DNA of 64,000 bases from Pseudomonadota bacterium (GCA_039024915.1 JBCCPK010000008.1:57587-121586), one strand, 5' to 3'. Positions 9,202 to 19,961 are shown, counted from the stretch's first letter. The notes: generated from the sequence alone by a model not told the origin. Numbers and translations are program-made.

Positions 9202-12200
9202 ATGAACGGCGCACTCAAATGGATGGCCGAGCATCCCGTTGCGGGCAACATGATCATGATCATCGTCCTGCTGGCTGGGATCGCCTCAGCGCTTTCGATC
9301 CGCCAGACCACCTTCCCGGAATTCGATCTCGATACTGTTTCGATCAGCATGCCCTATCAGGGTGCTGCGCCTGAAGAGGTAACCCAATCCATCATCCGAC
9401 CCATCGAAGAACAGCTGGCCAGCATCGACGGTATTGATGAGATCAACGCGACCGCCAGCGAGGGCCGCGGCTCGCTTTCGGTCAGCTTTCTTGCCGGCGA
9501 AGACGTCATGGAGAAGCTCGACGAGATCAAGACCGAGATCGACCGCATTACCGTCTTCCCAGAAGACGCCGACGAGCCCACGATTGTGCGCTCAACCAAT
9601 ACAACGCGCGTCATGGAGATCGCTGTCCACGGTCAGGCAACTTTGCGGACACTCGTTGAGCAGGCCGAGCGGCTCAAGGATGAGCTAACCTTGCTCGATG
9701 CGATTTCCTTCGTGGAGACGCAAAATATTCCCGATCGCGAAATCGCGATAACCATCGAACGGAACACGCTGGCCGCCTACGGTCTGACGTTGCAAGATGT
9801 TGCGCAGACGATCGGGGCGAACTCGCTTGAACTACCCGGTGGCGACGTCGACTCAGCGAGCTTGTCGGTGCCCATCCGGACGCTGGGACGAAACTTCACC
9901 GCGCAGGAATTTGCCGACATCGTTCTCCGAACCAGCGAGACCGGTGCGCAAGTTCGCGTTGGCGATATTGCCACCGTTACCGATGGCTTTGAAGACGATG
10001 ATCTGGTCCAGCGCTACGCGGGTGATACAGCGGTAACCGTCAACGTTTTCAGGGTCGGCGACGAGCAGGTGCTTGATGTCGCCGAAGCGGTGCGGACCTA
10101 TGTTGACGGCACCTTTCGCGCGTCGCTGCCTGCTGGCGTGAGCATTACGCTCTGGCAGGACGAGAGCGTCGTTTTGCAATCGCGGCTCGATCTTCTGATC
10201 AAGAATGCCTTCACCGGTCTGGTTCTGGTCATCATCTGCCTCGCGCTGTTCCTCGACATTCGCCTGGCGTTCTGGTGCGCGGTCAACATCAGCATCGCCT
10301 TTGCCGGCACCTTTGTGGTGATGAGCGCCTTGGATGTGTCGGTGAACATGATCTCGCTGTTTGGCTTTATCCTTGCCATCGGGATCGTCGTCGACAACGC
10401 GATCGTCATCTCCGAGAACATCTTCAAGAACGGCGAGAAGGGCGAAACACCTCAGGCAGCAGCTGTGGTCGGGGTCCAGCGGGTTGCGGTCCCGGTTGTT
10501 TTTTCTGCGCTGACCACAATCGTGGCCTTCACGCCCTTGTTGCAGATGCCCGCACCGCTTGGCAGCTTTCTCGTCGACATCCCGATCATCGTCATGATCG
10601 TGCTGACCCTTTCCCTTCTTCAATCGCTGTTCGTGTTGCCCAACAATCTGTCGAAGATGCGGGTCGATTCGGACTATCGCGCTCCTCTGGCGTTCAGGCC
10701 GATCGGCTGGGTTAGAGGCGTCATTGATGGGGCGCTGCAATGGTTTATCCGCTATCCGCTGACGGCGATGCTGCGCTTCGTTACCAAGCGTTTCCTGGTC
10801 CCTATTGCCGGTGTGATCGCAGCGATGATCATGACTGTCGGCCTGGTGGCTCATGGCTATGTGAAGTTTGAGTTCTTTCCCGCGATCGACGGTGAGTACG
10901 TCATCGCAAACGTCGACCTCGTCGATGGGACAAGCCTCGAGCGCACAGGTTCGGTCGCCGAGACAATCCGTCTCGCTGCTGAGCGCGCCGCCGCGCGCAT
11001 GGAAGATGAACGCGGCATGGAGCAGCAGATCATTGTTGATGTGAACACGGTTCTGGGGCGCAGTGCTGGGGGTGGCGGGCCCTTCGCATCAGCGGCATCG
11101 GTGAACTCGTCGCTGGCGAACATCACGGTCCAGATTCTGCCACCCGAAGAGCGTGCGTGGCCAACGGCAGCGTTCGAAGCGCAGTGGCTGCAAGAGATCG
11201 GCACCATCGCTGGGCTGACCTCCCTCACCGTTACATCGTCACTGGTGGATGCGGGCAGCGCCATCGCGCTGGAACTGTCGGTGCCCGACGGCGGCGATAT
11301 CACACCTGTGGTGGCGGACGTCCGTGCACAACTCGAAGCGATACCCGGCGTCTTCGGCATTCAGGATGACGCAACGGCGGGCCGGCTCGAATACACGTTG
11401 GCACTTCGCGACGAAGCCCGACTTTACGGGATCACGCGCAATGACTTGGCAACGCAGATTCGCGGCGGCTTCTTCGGCATCGAAGCAACGCGGGTGCAGC
11501 GCGGTAGCGACGATGTGCAGGTATCCGTACGCTATGCGGCTCAAGACCGCCAAAGCGTCGTTGATCTGCTCGACACGGACATTCGGACCCCAGCGGGCGA
11601 CCTTATTCCCCTTTCGGTGGTTGCAGAACTTCGCGAGGGCGTCGCCGCAACCCAGATAAGCCGCCGAAACGGACGTACCATCACGACCATCACCGCGGAC
11701 GTCGATACCACGGTCATCACGGCGCAAGAGGCGAACGAGATCATCCGCACCGATCTGCTGCCCGTGCTAACCGAGACCTATGGCGGGCTGATCGTCGACT
11801 TCGGGGGCGAACAGCGGACGCAAGGCGAAGCGCAAGCCGCTCTCAGCCAGGCATCGATCTTGGCCTTATTGATCATCTTTGCGCTGCTGGCCTTGATCTT
11901 CCGATCCTACATCCAGCCGCTTGTGGTGATGATCGCAATCCCGCTTGGGCTGATTGGAGCAATCGTCGGGCACTATGTCGTTGGTGTGTCGCTCGGCCTG
12001 CTGTCAATCTTCGGTATCATCGGTCTTGCGGGGGTCGTGATCAATAATTCGCTGGTTATGATCGATTTGTACAATGAGTACCTTGATAAAGGGATGGATA
12101 CGCGAACCGCCGTCATTGAAGGCACGAAGGATCGCTTCAGGCCCATTTTGCTGACCTCCATCACCACCTTCCTGGGCATCTATCCACTGATTATGGAAAC

Positions 12201-12465
12201 GAGCCTGCAGGCACAGTTCCTTATTCCGCTGGCCGTTTCGGTAGGATTTGGCGTCCTGTTCGGCACGGTGATCATCGTGCTGGCGGTTCCCGCTGTCTTC
12301 ATCGCTCAATCGCGGTTGTTCTTCACCTACAAGAGCAAGGCGCAGGTTGCCGGGGACGACACAACAAGCAAACCGACGACAGACCTGCCCAAACTGCCAT
12401 TGGCATCGCGGCATTCCGACAATGACGATCGGATCGCAGCGGAGCTGCCGACAGCAGCTGAGTGA
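9202..12465 (+). CDS. RND efflux permease (AcrB/AcrD/AcrF family)
   Basis: About 1087 aa from ATG 9202 (1 nt after MFP stop); GIVVDNAIVISENI, GVVINNSLVMID, RFRPILLTSITT. Confidence 0.95.
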   Translation: MNGALKWMAEHPVAGNMIMIIVLLAGIASALSIRQTTFPEFDLDTVSISMPYQGAAPEEVTQSIIRPIEEQLASIDGIDEINATASEGRGSLSVSFLAGEDVMEKLDEIKTEIDRITVFPEDADEPTIVRSTNTTRVMEIAVHGQATLRTLVEQAERLKDELTLLDAISFVETQNIPDREIAITIERNTLAAYGLTLQDVAQTIGANSLELPGGDVDSASLSVPIRTLGRNFTAQEFADIVLRTSETGAQVRVGDIATVTDGFEDDDLVQRYAGDTAVTVNVFRVGDEQVLDVAEAVRTYVDGTFRASLPAGVSITLWQDESVVLQSRLDLLIKNAFTGLVLVIICLALFLDIRLAFWCAVNISIAFAGTFVVMSALDVSVNMISLFGFILAIGIVVDNAIVISENIFKNGEKGETPQAAAVVGVQRVAVPVVFSALTTIVAFTPLLQMPAPLGSFLVDIPIIVMIVLTLSLLQSLFVLPNNLSKMRVDSDYRAPLAFRPIGWVRGVIDGALQWFIRYPLTAMLRFVTKRFLVPIAGVIAAMIMTVGLVAHGYVKFEFFPAIDGEYVIANVDLVDGTSLERTGSVAETIRLAAERAAARMEDERGMEQQIIVDVNTVLGRSAGGGGPFASAASVNSSLANITVQILPPEERAWPTAAFEAQWLQEIGTIAGLTSLTVTSSLVDAGSAIALELSVPDGGDITPVVADVRAQLEAIPGVFGIQDDATAGRLEYTLALRDEARLYGITRNDLATQIRGGFFGIEATRVQRGSDDVQVSVRYAAQDRQSVVDLLDTDIRTPAGDLIPLSVVAELREGVAATQISRRNGRTITTITADVDTTVITAQEANEIIRTDLLPVLTETYGGLIVDFGGEQRTQGEAQAALSQASILALLIIFALLALIFRSYIQPLVVMIAIPLGLIGAIVGHYVVGVSLGLLSIFGIIGLAGVVINNSLVMIDLYNEYLDKGMDTRTAVIEGTKDRFRPILLTSITTFLGIYPLIMETSLQAQFLIPLAVSVGFGVLFGTVIIVLAVPAVFIAQSRLFFTYKSKAQVAGDDTTSKPTTDLPKLPLASRHSDNDDRIAAELPTAAE

Positions 12466-12490
12466 TTGCACGCCCTTGTGCGCAGGACGA

Positions 12491-13759
12491 TCAGCCGCTC
12501 CCCAAAAGGCACAGTTGGGCAGCGCCGACCGCGGCCTCGCTGTGGCGCGGTTCAACCATCTGCGCATCGACATGCCGAGCGCGGATTGCAGACCAAATCG
12601 CATTTTTGGCGCCGCCACCGGCGGTGAACAACCGTTTGGGGGATGGCGCACCTAAGCGGTGGAGCGCGTCATAGCCCTGCTTTTCGATGCGGGCCATCGC
12701 CTCAAGCATTCCTTTGAGAAACTCGGCATCATCTAGCGGTCTGGGTTCGAGCTTCGGCTCCAGTTGCGGCTCGTTGACGGGGAAGCGTTCACCCGCCTTG
12801 AGCAAGGGATAATAGTGCAGTTGTGACGCCACATCCGGATCGATGCGGGCGCTAAGGTCAGCAAGCTGCTGCCCGGAAAAATGGTGCGCGAGGACGCCTC
12901 CGCCCGTGTTGGATGCGCCGCCAGCGAGCCACTTGCCGTTGACCAGATGACTGTAGACGCCGCTTGCGGGGTCATCGACGCGTGCGTCGCTGAGCAACTT
13001 GATGGCGAGGGTCGTGCCGAGCGAGGTCACGGCGTCACCGATTTCGGTCGCGCCGCTTGCGAGAAACGCCGCAATGCTATCGGTTGTGCCAGCATGCAGC
13101 TTCGTGCCTGCCGCCAGGCCCAAGGCATCTGCGACCGCGTGGCTGAGCTCGCCAATTTCTGCGCCGGGGCGGTGAACGTTTGGGAGCGTTTCGACCGGTA
13201 CGCCCGCCGTCTCGAACCATGATGGCCAGTCACCAACTGCCGGGTCCCAGCCAAGCTTCAGGGCGTTGTTGTCGTCGGAGCCGAGCGACATGCCAGCCAG
13301 CTTCGCGAGCACATAGTCAGCCTGATGCAGCAAATGAACCGCAGATCCGCTTTCATCCATCGCCTGCAGGCGCAGCATGCGCGCAAGGGCCGATGACGGC
13401 CCAAGCGTTATCGATCCGGGTTCGGCGTGGCTCGCAATACGCTCAGCTTCGCGATCAAAGCCGCCCGAGTTGTACATCATGGCGGCAGTGACAGGGTTCA
13501 AAGTGGCATCAACCAGCACCATCGATCCCGACGTCCCATCGATAGCGATGCGCTCGATCTCGTGCGGGTTGTGTTGGGTCTCGTGAAGCGCGCTTACTTG
13601 TGCCTGCACGGCTCGTGCGGCAGCGTCCCACCAGGCATTGGCATCCTCGTTGGAGGTTGGAAGGTGCGCGGCGCGTGCTGTGCTGACAAGCGTTCCGTCT
13701 TGATCGAGGACCGCAGTTCGTACGCCAGAGGTTCCGATATCGATGCCCAGAACAAGCAT
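12491..13759 (-). CDS. FGGY-family sugar kinase (SePSK/AtXK-1 D-ribulose kinase-like)
   Basis: LGIDIGTSG, GTTDSIAAFLA, AVTSLGTTL, GGASNTGG, TAGGGAKN. Start placed at MLVLGID right after the upstream stop. Confidence 0.88.
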   Translation of the reverse strand: MLVLGIDIGTSGVRTAVLDQDGTLVSTARAAHLPTSNEDANAWWDAAARAVQAQVSALHETQHNPHEIERIAIDGTSGSMVLVDATLNPVTAAMMYNSGGFDREAERIASHAEPGSITLGPSSALARMLRLQAMDESGSAVHLLHQADYVLAKLAGMSLGSDDNNALKLGWDPAVGDWPSWFETAGVPVETLPNVHRPGAEIGELSHAVADALGLAAGTKLHAGTTDSIAAFLASGATEIGDAVTSLGTTLAIKLLSDARVDDPASGVYSHLVNGKWLAGGASNTGGGVLAHHFSGQQLADLSARIDPDVASQLHYYPLLKAGERFPVNEPQLEPKLEPRPLDDAEFLKGMLEAMARIEKQGYDALHRLGAPSPKRLFTAGGGAKNAIWSAIRARHVDAQMVEPRHSEAAVGAAQLCLLGSG

Positions 13760-13760
13760 C

Positions 13761-14735
13761 TCAGCTTGCTTCATTATCGCGCGCCGCAAGCGCCTGGCGG
13801 TATTTCTCTGCATCCCAGTTCAGAAGCTCGGCTTCCGCCTCGGCGCCAATCGCTGCGGGGGACCATTCCTCTGGCAACCGCGTCAAAACATCAGAGACGC
13901 ATTGCGCCATGGCCGCTTGAGCGTCGGTGGCATCGGTGCGGACGGCCAAGCCCTGGTTCTCGATGAGACAGACAGGTGCGCCCTCGGTCGGCGCTTTTGG
14001 CAAGCCCGGACCTAGAAAGACCACATGATCAGGATAATACGACCCGCCCGTTGCCAGGGCGAACAGTCGTGCATTTTTTGCCAAAGCGGCATCATCAAGC
14101 CAACGAAATCCTGCCGGTGGTTCCGTCGACGCGGGGGCATGCCTGCCTATGACTGGCATTTCAAGTCGCCGCTCGACCTCGTCCATCAGCTCTGCGACGT
14201 CCTCAACGGAATCTCCGGCGACGATAAGCCCGTGGTTGCCGAGAAGAACAATCTGGGTGCGTGCATCAATCGCTTCGGCGATCACGTTGGTCAGCGGTCG
14301 TCCCGGTTTGCGATAGGGCACCGCGACAAACGGTAACCCTCGGAGCTTCTCATGCGCCGCCTTTTCGCCCTCCGGCCCGATCGTGTGAACGATCGTCGCG
14401 ACGGAATGGGTGTGAACCACAACGCGCCAAGGGATCAACGCGTGGAAGGTCGTCTCGATGGAAGGTCGCAGACCAGCTGTGGGATCGACAATCGCAGCAC
14501 GGCACGTGCCGTCGCCCGAGCCCTTCGCCTCGGCGTGAGCGATGGCGTGGTCGACTTCTACGAAAATCGGCTTGTCCAAGGCATCCGCCAACTCGGTGCC
14601 CGAAGCCTTGATCCAGAGCGACCGATCCACCTTGATGCTTGTGTTCCCGCCAGGCCCCTGCACACGCAGCGGGTCTTTTCCGCATGCGGCAGAGAGCGCC
14701 AGAAACGCATCGGGCAAAGCGGAGATTGGCGACAT
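13761..14735 (-). CDS. Class II aldolase/adducin family protein (RhaD N-terminal-like)
   Basis: QGPGGNTSIK, WIKASG, RPSIET, VVHTH, LGNHGLIVAG. Confidence 0.88.
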   Translation of the reverse strand: MSPISALPDAFLALSAACGKDPLRVQGPGGNTSIKVDRSLWIKASGTELADALDKPIFVEVDHAIAHAEAKGSGDGTCRAAIVDPTAGLRPSIETTFHALIPWRVVVHTHSVATIVHTIGPEGEKAAHEKLRGLPFVAVPYRKPGRPLTNVIAEAIDARTQIVLLGNHGLIVAGDSVEDVAELMDEVERRLEMPVIGRHAPASTEPPAGFRWLDDAALAKNARLFALATGGSYYPDHVVFLGPGLPKAPTEGAPVCLIENQGLAVRTDATDAQAAMAQCVSDVLTRLPEEWSPAAIGAEAEAELLNWDAEKYRQALAARDNEAS

Positions 14736-14738
14736 GGT

Positions 14739-15596
14739 TCAGGCTCCAGGACTGGCCAGATGGCTGATCATATAGTCGGGCAAGGGAGACGCATGCGCAG
14801 CGGCGAGCCGCTCAAGCGCTGCCTGCGCATCGGCGTCAACAAAGGCATCTGCGTGCAGGCCGCCCATCACGAACGCAGTCTGCCAACCAGCACTCGCTCC
14901 ACCTGCGATGTCGTGTTCGAGCGAGTCTCCCACCATCAATATCTTGGCCGGATCGGTCCCAAGGGCGTCCGTCAGAGCGTCAAAGACCGGGAGGTGAGGC
15001 TTTCCATAGAAGGTCACCTCGCCGCCTGCATCCTGGTACGCATGGGCCAAAGCCCCGGGCGACAGCTGGATTGCGCCACCAGCCCTTGGCGACCCCCGGT
15101 CCGGGTTGGTGCAATACAGCGGCAGACCGCAAGAGCGCGCCGTTTTAAGGACGCTCGCTTCGGTTGAGCCGTCGCTCCCCTCGGGCAGGCCCATGAGAAG
15201 TACGCTGTTGGCTTCCAGAACGTCACCAGCTTCACGGATCGGCAATGGGCCGCGCCATGTTTCGAAGTCACCGGGCTTGGCCGTGATCGGAAAAACCCGG
15301 CCCATCACCACCCTTCCCGACTGGCAATCCTGCCAGAACGCTTCGCCAGAGGTCATCACCAAATCGAAAAGCTCAGCCGGCAATCCCATGGCCGCGATAC
15401 GATCCCGGTTTGCATCAGCGCGCTTGCCCGAGTTCGACAAGACGGCCAGCTTTTTGCCTTGCCGGTGCAGCGTGTGGAGGGCGTCGGCAGCACCCGCATA
15501 GGCCGTGCTGCCATTGTGTAGAACACCCCACTGGTCGAAGACCACCGCATCAAGGCGGCCGACAATATCAGCGATCCGATCGGTCAGCTCCGGCAT
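14739..15596 (-). CDS. HAD-IIA hydrolase (TIGR01459-like)
   Basis: FDQWGVLHNG, LSNSGKR, CTNPD, YGKPH, MVGDSLEHDIAG. Confidence 0.9.
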   Translation of the reverse strand: MPELTDRIADIVGRLDAVVFDQWGVLHNGSTAYAGAADALHTLHRQGKKLAVLSNSGKRADANRDRIAAMGLPAELFDLVMTSGEAFWQDCQSGRVVMGRVFPITAKPGDFETWRGPLPIREAGDVLEANSVLLMGLPEGSDGSTEASVLKTARSCGLPLYCTNPDRGSPRAGGAIQLSPGALAHAYQDAGGEVTFYGKPHLPVFDALTDALGTDPAKILMVGDSLEHDIAGGASAGWQTAFVMGGLHADAFVDADAQAALERLAAAHASPLPDYMISHLASPGA

Positions 15597-15628
15597 GCCG
15601 CGCCCCACAGCTCGTGCTGTTGGATCAA

Positions 15629-16561
15629 TCAGTACTCCGCCATGTCCTTGGGGTCTTTGAGGCTCGCGATATAGCCATCCACCTCCTGCGCGGACATGGC
15701 CGGTGCTGCCTTGCCGACGCTGCCCGCAGGCATGTCACCGAAATAGAATTTGTACCCTGGGATGACCTGACGCCGCTTGCGCAGCGGCATGCCCGGATAC
15801 GGGTATACATCGGAGCGCGCATTCGCCGCCTCATCGTGGCAGGGCAGGACGTAATCCGCCCGCTTGTCGATCTCTTCGACCGACTTCCAACCCTCATAGG
15901 AGTTCACGAACCGGGCAGGTACCCAGTAGCGCCATTTTTCCGCTGGGTTTGGTTCGAGATTGCGCTCCACAAAGATGGCATCGCCGACCACGCAGATATC
16001 GCCAACGCTTGTCGCGACAGACACCGCCATATGTCCGACCGAGTGCCCCGGCGTGTGGAACATGGTGATGCCCGGCAGCACTTCGCACTCATCTTCGACA
16101 GCTTCGAACACGCAGCCTGCATACGCCTGCTCCACGCCGATGTTGGCCTCATAGGTCCGGTAGTACAGTGGAAGCGGATTGTAAGCCATTTCGATCTCGG
16201 CCTTGGGCGCAATGTAGCGCGCGTTCTTGAACCGCTTCATGTTCTGCACATGGTCCCAGTGCAGGTGCGTGAAGACGATGGCGTCGATCTCGTCGGGGTG
16301 AACCCCAAGCTTCTGTTCCAGATGCTCATGCACCTGCAGGCAGCCGCGCTTCTCGCACTTGTGGTGGTACTTGGTGGCCCGTTCCTCATCGGGCAAACCG
16401 GTATCGATCAGGATCTTGTACTCACCGGTATCGACGTAATGGCAGTAGACCGGGTTCCAGTATTTCTTTCCCGCTGGCCCCTTCCAGAAGATGTAGGTGC
16501 CGAGATCAGCTTCGAGCCAGCCGGTGTTGATGGGATAGATTTTGGTTTCTACGACGCCCAT
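15629..16561 (-). CDS. Metallo-beta-lactamase-fold lactonase (N-acyl homoserine lactonase family)
   Basis: ILIDTG, THLHWDH, TPGHSVGH, VGDA, LPCHD metal-binding motifs. Confidence 0.88.
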   Translation of the reverse strand: MGVVETKIYPINTGWLEADLGTYIFWKGPAGKKYWNPVYCHYVDTGEYKILIDTGLPDEERATKYHHKCEKRGCLQVHEHLEQKLGVHPDEIDAIVFTHLHWDHVQNMKRFKNARYIAPKAEIEMAYNPLPLYYRTYEANIGVEQAYAGCVFEAVEDECEVLPGITMFHTPGHSVGHMAVSVATSVGDICVVGDAIFVERNLEPNPAEKWRYWVPARFVNSYEGWKSVEEIDKRADYVLPCHDEAANARSDVYPYPGMPLRKRRQVIPGYKFYFGDMPAGSVGKAAPAMSAQEVDGYIASLKDPKDMAEY

Positions 16562-16594
16562 TGTGTTCCCCTAGGTCTTTTTGTTGGGCATTTT

Positions 16595-16602
16595 TGTATA
16601 CA
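16595..16602. promoter_or_regulatory. Putative GntR operator TGTATACA (copy 1)
   Basis: Perfect palindrome in TTTTTGTATACACAAA, about 35 nt upstream of the lactonase start; identical core at 17438. Confidence 0.6.
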
Positions 16603-16671
16603 CAAATGCTGCTCTGTCCACAGCTGTGTGCCATCTTTCTGCAAAAAAGCTGCGATGCCCAACGTAGGAGA

Positions 16672-17346
16672 CTAGTTGGCAGCGAGCACCTGCATGAAGC
16701 TCTCCTCCATATGCTTGCGCATGTAGTCGAAAGCATCGTTGGAGTTCGCTGAGAAGATCTTTTGGAGCAAGACCTCGTGGCTGACAGCTGAAGCGATGAG
16801 GTCTTCCTTGGTTGCGAACTTCTTCGCCCGGAAGGGGCCCGAGCGACTGCGAAATTCGCTGGCTATCTGGCGTATATACGGGTTGCCAGTTGCCTCATAG
16901 ATCTCGAAATGCAGCTCTTCGTTCGCCCGCAGATACCCTACTCTGTCACCTGCTTCGGCAGCGTCGCGGCAACGCGCTTGAGCGGCCTCCAGACGAGATT
17001 TTGCCAATAAAGTCAGACGTTGAGCGACAAGCCTCGCACACAAGGCTTCGATCTCGTGCATCGCCTCGAACATTTGCGCAAGCTCTTCGCGGCTGTACTG
17101 TGCAACGCGCAGACCGCGCCCTTCGCCCTCCTCAACCACGCCTTGTGCACGCAACCGGCCGAGCGCCTCCCGAACCGGCGTGCGCGATGCGCCAAAACGG
17201 GACGCCAACCTTGTCTCGTCAAGCCTTTCGCCGGGTTCGATCTGCCCGGCCGTGATCTCACTTAACAGTGCCTTCTCAATGCGGTCCGCTGTGTTCCGGC
17301 GGCCTTTAATTGCCACTCCATTGAGTTTGGAGGCCGGGCTGACCAT
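16672..17346 (-). CDS. GntR-family regulator (FCD domain)
   Basis: IEPGERLDETRLASRFGASRTPVREAL HTH; NEELHFEIYEATGN FCD motif. Confidence 0.93.
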   Translation of the reverse strand: MVSPASKLNGVAIKGRRNTADRIEKALLSEITAGQIEPGERLDETRLASRFGASRTPVREALGRLRAQGVVEEGEGRGLRVAQYSREELAQMFEAMHEIEALCARLVAQRLTLLAKSRLEAAQARCRDAAEAGDRVGYLRANEELHFEIYEATGNPYIRQIASEFRSRSGPFRAKKFATKEDLIASAVSHEVLLQKIFSANSNDAFDYMRKHMEESFMQVLAAN

Positions 17347-17437
17347 GCAAATTCTCCTGCGGTTCTGGCTGAGGACCGTACCTCAGACGGTGCAAAGAGG
17401 CAATCAGCTCACCAATAGGTACTTTTTTTCTTGCCAA

Positions 17438-17445
17438 TGTATACA
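17438..17445. promoter_or_regulatory. Putative GntR operator TGTATACA (copy 2)
   Basis: AATGTATACAAA in the gntR/ABC divergent interval, about 45 nt before the ATPase ATG. Confidence 0.6.
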
Positions 17446-17488
17446 AACTATGTGTGAATTGACGAGTTGCAAAAATAAGAAGAGCGGC

Positions 17489-18568
17489 ATGCCTGAAATC
17501 CGCCTTGAAAATCTCCGCAAGGACTATGGGTCCGTGACGGTGATCGAAGAACTCAACCTATCCATGGAGGATGGCGAGTTCACGGTCCTGGTCGGCCCGT
17601 CCGGCTGCGGGAAGTCAACTACTCTGCGCATGATTGCGGGACTAGAGGCCGTTTCGGATGGCGCGATCCGCATGGGCGAGACAAACGTCACACGGCTTGA
17701 TCCGAAAGACCGCGACCTTGCGATGGTCTTTCAGGATTACGCGCTTTACCCGCACATGAATGTTCACAAGAACATGTCGTTTGCACTGCGGTTGGCGCGC
17801 TATCCGAAGGCGGACATCGATAAACGCGTGAAGGAGGTGGCCGCGACCTTGGGGCTGACCGACTACCTCGACCGCAAGCCCGGTGCGCTGTCGGGTGGCC
17901 AGCGGCAGCGGGTTGCTATGGGACGGGCCTTGGTGCGCGATGCATCGACCTTCCTGTTCGATGAGCCCCTGTCCAATCTCGACGCGAAATTGCGCGGGCA
18001 GATGCGCGCGGAACTTGGGCTGATGTCCAAGCGTGTTCAGAAGAACATGATCTACGTGACGCATGATCAGATCGAGGCGATGACGCTCGGCGACAAGATC
18101 GTTGTGATGCGCGCAGGCGAGATCATGCAGGCCGGTACACCGGAGGAACTGTACCGCCGTCCGGCAAACCGTTTTGTGGCGGGCTTCATCGGCTCGCCCA
18201 CCATGAATTTCATAGACGTCGAGCTGGTGGATGAGGGTGGCAGTCTGTTCGCCATCGCCCAAGACCTCAAACTGCCGATCGATGAAGCGCGCAGAGGCGC
18301 ACTCAACGCTCAACCGAGCCGCAAGGTGCACCTGGGCGTCAGGCCCTCGTCATTTGTCCAGAGCGACGAAGACGATGCGATTACGCTGCCCATTATTCTG
18401 TCGGAATATGTCGGTGCGCAGTCGGTGCTTATCACCGAGATCGCCGGCCAGACCATCCAACTCGAGATTACGACGCCTGCGCCCGTTCCAGCGGGCGAGA
18501 CGCGATCGTTCCGGATCAAGGCGGATGAAATTCATCTGTTTGATCCGCAAACCGAAGCGGCGCTCTAA
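17489..18568 (+). CDS. Sugar ABC transporter ATP-binding protein (MalK/UgpC-like)
   Basis: GPSGCGKST, VFQDYALYPHM, LSGGQRQR, DEPLSNLD, YVTHDQ; start at MPEIRL. Confidence 0.96.
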   Translation: MPEIRLENLRKDYGSVTVIEELNLSMEDGEFTVLVGPSGCGKSTTLRMIAGLEAVSDGAIRMGETNVTRLDPKDRDLAMVFQDYALYPHMNVHKNMSFALRLARYPKADIDKRVKEVAATLGLTDYLDRKPGALSGGQRQRVAMGRALVRDASTFLFDEPLSNLDAKLRGQMRAELGLMSKRVQKNMIYVTHDQIEAMTLGDKIVVMRAGEIMQAGTPEELYRRPANRFVAGFIGSPTMNFIDVELVDEGGSLFAIAQDLKLPIDEARRGALNAQPSRKVHLGVRPSSFVQSDEDDAITLPIILSEYVGAQSVLITEIAGQTIQLEITTPAPVPAGETRSFRIKADEIHLFDPQTEAAL

Positions 18569-18620
18569 GCCGCCGCGCACGTCGGGCCTTGCCGCCCACA
18601 AATCATCCTGGGAGGGATTT

Positions 18621-19949
18621 ATGAAGGCACTGAAAGTAACGATGACGGCGGCATTTATGTCGACCGCACTTGCTGGCGCGGTAGCGCTCGCCAACCCGTA
18701 TGAGCCGTATGAGGGCGATACGCTGGTGGTCAACTTCCCCGCGCACCCGCACTATGACGCTGTGCTCAACGTCTTGCCACTGTTCACCGAAGAGACCGGC
18801 ATCGAAGTTGAGGTCGATCAGCTGCAATATCTGCGCATGCGCGAGCGGCAAACGCTGGAGCTGACGCAGGACGAGGGCGATTACGATCTCATCGCTTATG
18901 TCGTGTTCTCCAAAGCCGATTATGTGTTCGCCGATCAGCTGCACAATCTGGCGCGTTTCTTCATGGACCCGGCTCTCGCCGACCCAAGCTACAATGCCGA
19001 CGATTTGATCGATGGCTACGTCCAGAACATCGGCGTTGCTGGCGGAACAAAGGGCTATTTGCCGGGGCCGACTGGTTCACTGTTCGGTATTCCTTTCGGC
19101 TCGGAAACCTCCGTCCTCGGCTACCGGACTGATATCTTTGAAAAGCACGGTCTCGAGGTTCCCGAGACCTACGATGAGCTTCTTGAGCTGGCTTGCCTGA
19201 TTCCAGAGCTTGAGCCCGGTATGGGCGGACTTGCCTCTCGCGCAGCATCTGGGCACCAGGCCAGCCACGCATACCTGCTTCACCTCAACCCGCTCGGCGG
19301 CGGCGTTTTCGACGATAACTGGCAGCCGATCGTGAACAACGAGCAAGGCATCGAAGCTGCTGAAGCTCTCAAGACAATCGTCGACTGCGGCATCGAAGGA
19401 TCGACCACATTTGGTCCGTCCGAGGCGGCTGCGGCGTTCGCCCAGGGGCAGTACGCCATGTTCCTCGACTCGATCGCCTTCGCGTCAACGTTCGAGGATC
19501 CGTCCCGTTCGACGGTTGCCGGCAATGTCGGTTGGGCGATGCACCCGATGGGCGTCGAGCGCGCTTCGCAGACCGGCGGGTTCGGCCTCGCCATTCCGCG
19601 CAACGCCAACAACCCCGAAGCAGCATTCCTGCTGATGCAGTGGCTCACCAGCCCGCGCATCGACCGCTTGATCGCTTTGGAAGGCGGAAACCCGTCAAGG
19701 TTCTCGACCTACCAGGACCCTGAGCTTAACGAGCGGTTCCCCTACTCGGCAACGTTCGGTGAGGCACTGCAGTTCGCTGATCCCGACTGGCGCCCGATCA
19801 TCCCGACATGGGGTGAGATCAACGCCGACCTCGGCACGACATTGTCGCAGATCCTGACCGAGGACCTCGACATTCAGGAAGGCCTTGATGGTGTTGCCGA
19901 ACGTGCGCGCGCCATCATGGAAGAGGCCGGGTACTACACCTGGAACTGA
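18621..19949 (+). CDS. Sugar ABC transporter extracellular solute-binding protein
   Basis: SD GGAGG, signal peptide MKALKV..AVALA, CUT1-type SBP features (YRTDIFEKHGL..PETYDEL). Confidence 0.92.
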   Translation: MKALKVTMTAAFMSTALAGAVALANPYEPYEGDTLVVNFPAHPHYDAVLNVLPLFTEETGIEVEVDQLQYLRMRERQTLELTQDEGDYDLIAYVVFSKADYVFADQLHNLARFFMDPALADPSYNADDLIDGYVQNIGVAGGTKGYLPGPTGSLFGIPFGSETSVLGYRTDIFEKHGLEVPETYDELLELACLIPELEPGMGGLASRAASGHQASHAYLLHLNPLGGGVFDDNWQPIVNNEQGIEAAEALKTIVDCGIEGSTTFGPSEAAAAFAQGQYAMFLDSIAFASTFEDPSRSTVAGNVGWAMHPMGVERASQTGGFGLAIPRNANNPEAAFLLMQWLTSPRIDRLIALEGGNPSRFSTYQDPELNERFPYSATFGEALQFADPDWRPIIPTWGEINADLGTTLSQILTEDLDIQEGLDGVAERARAIMEEAGYYTWN

Positions 19950-19961
19950 CGTGACATGAGC

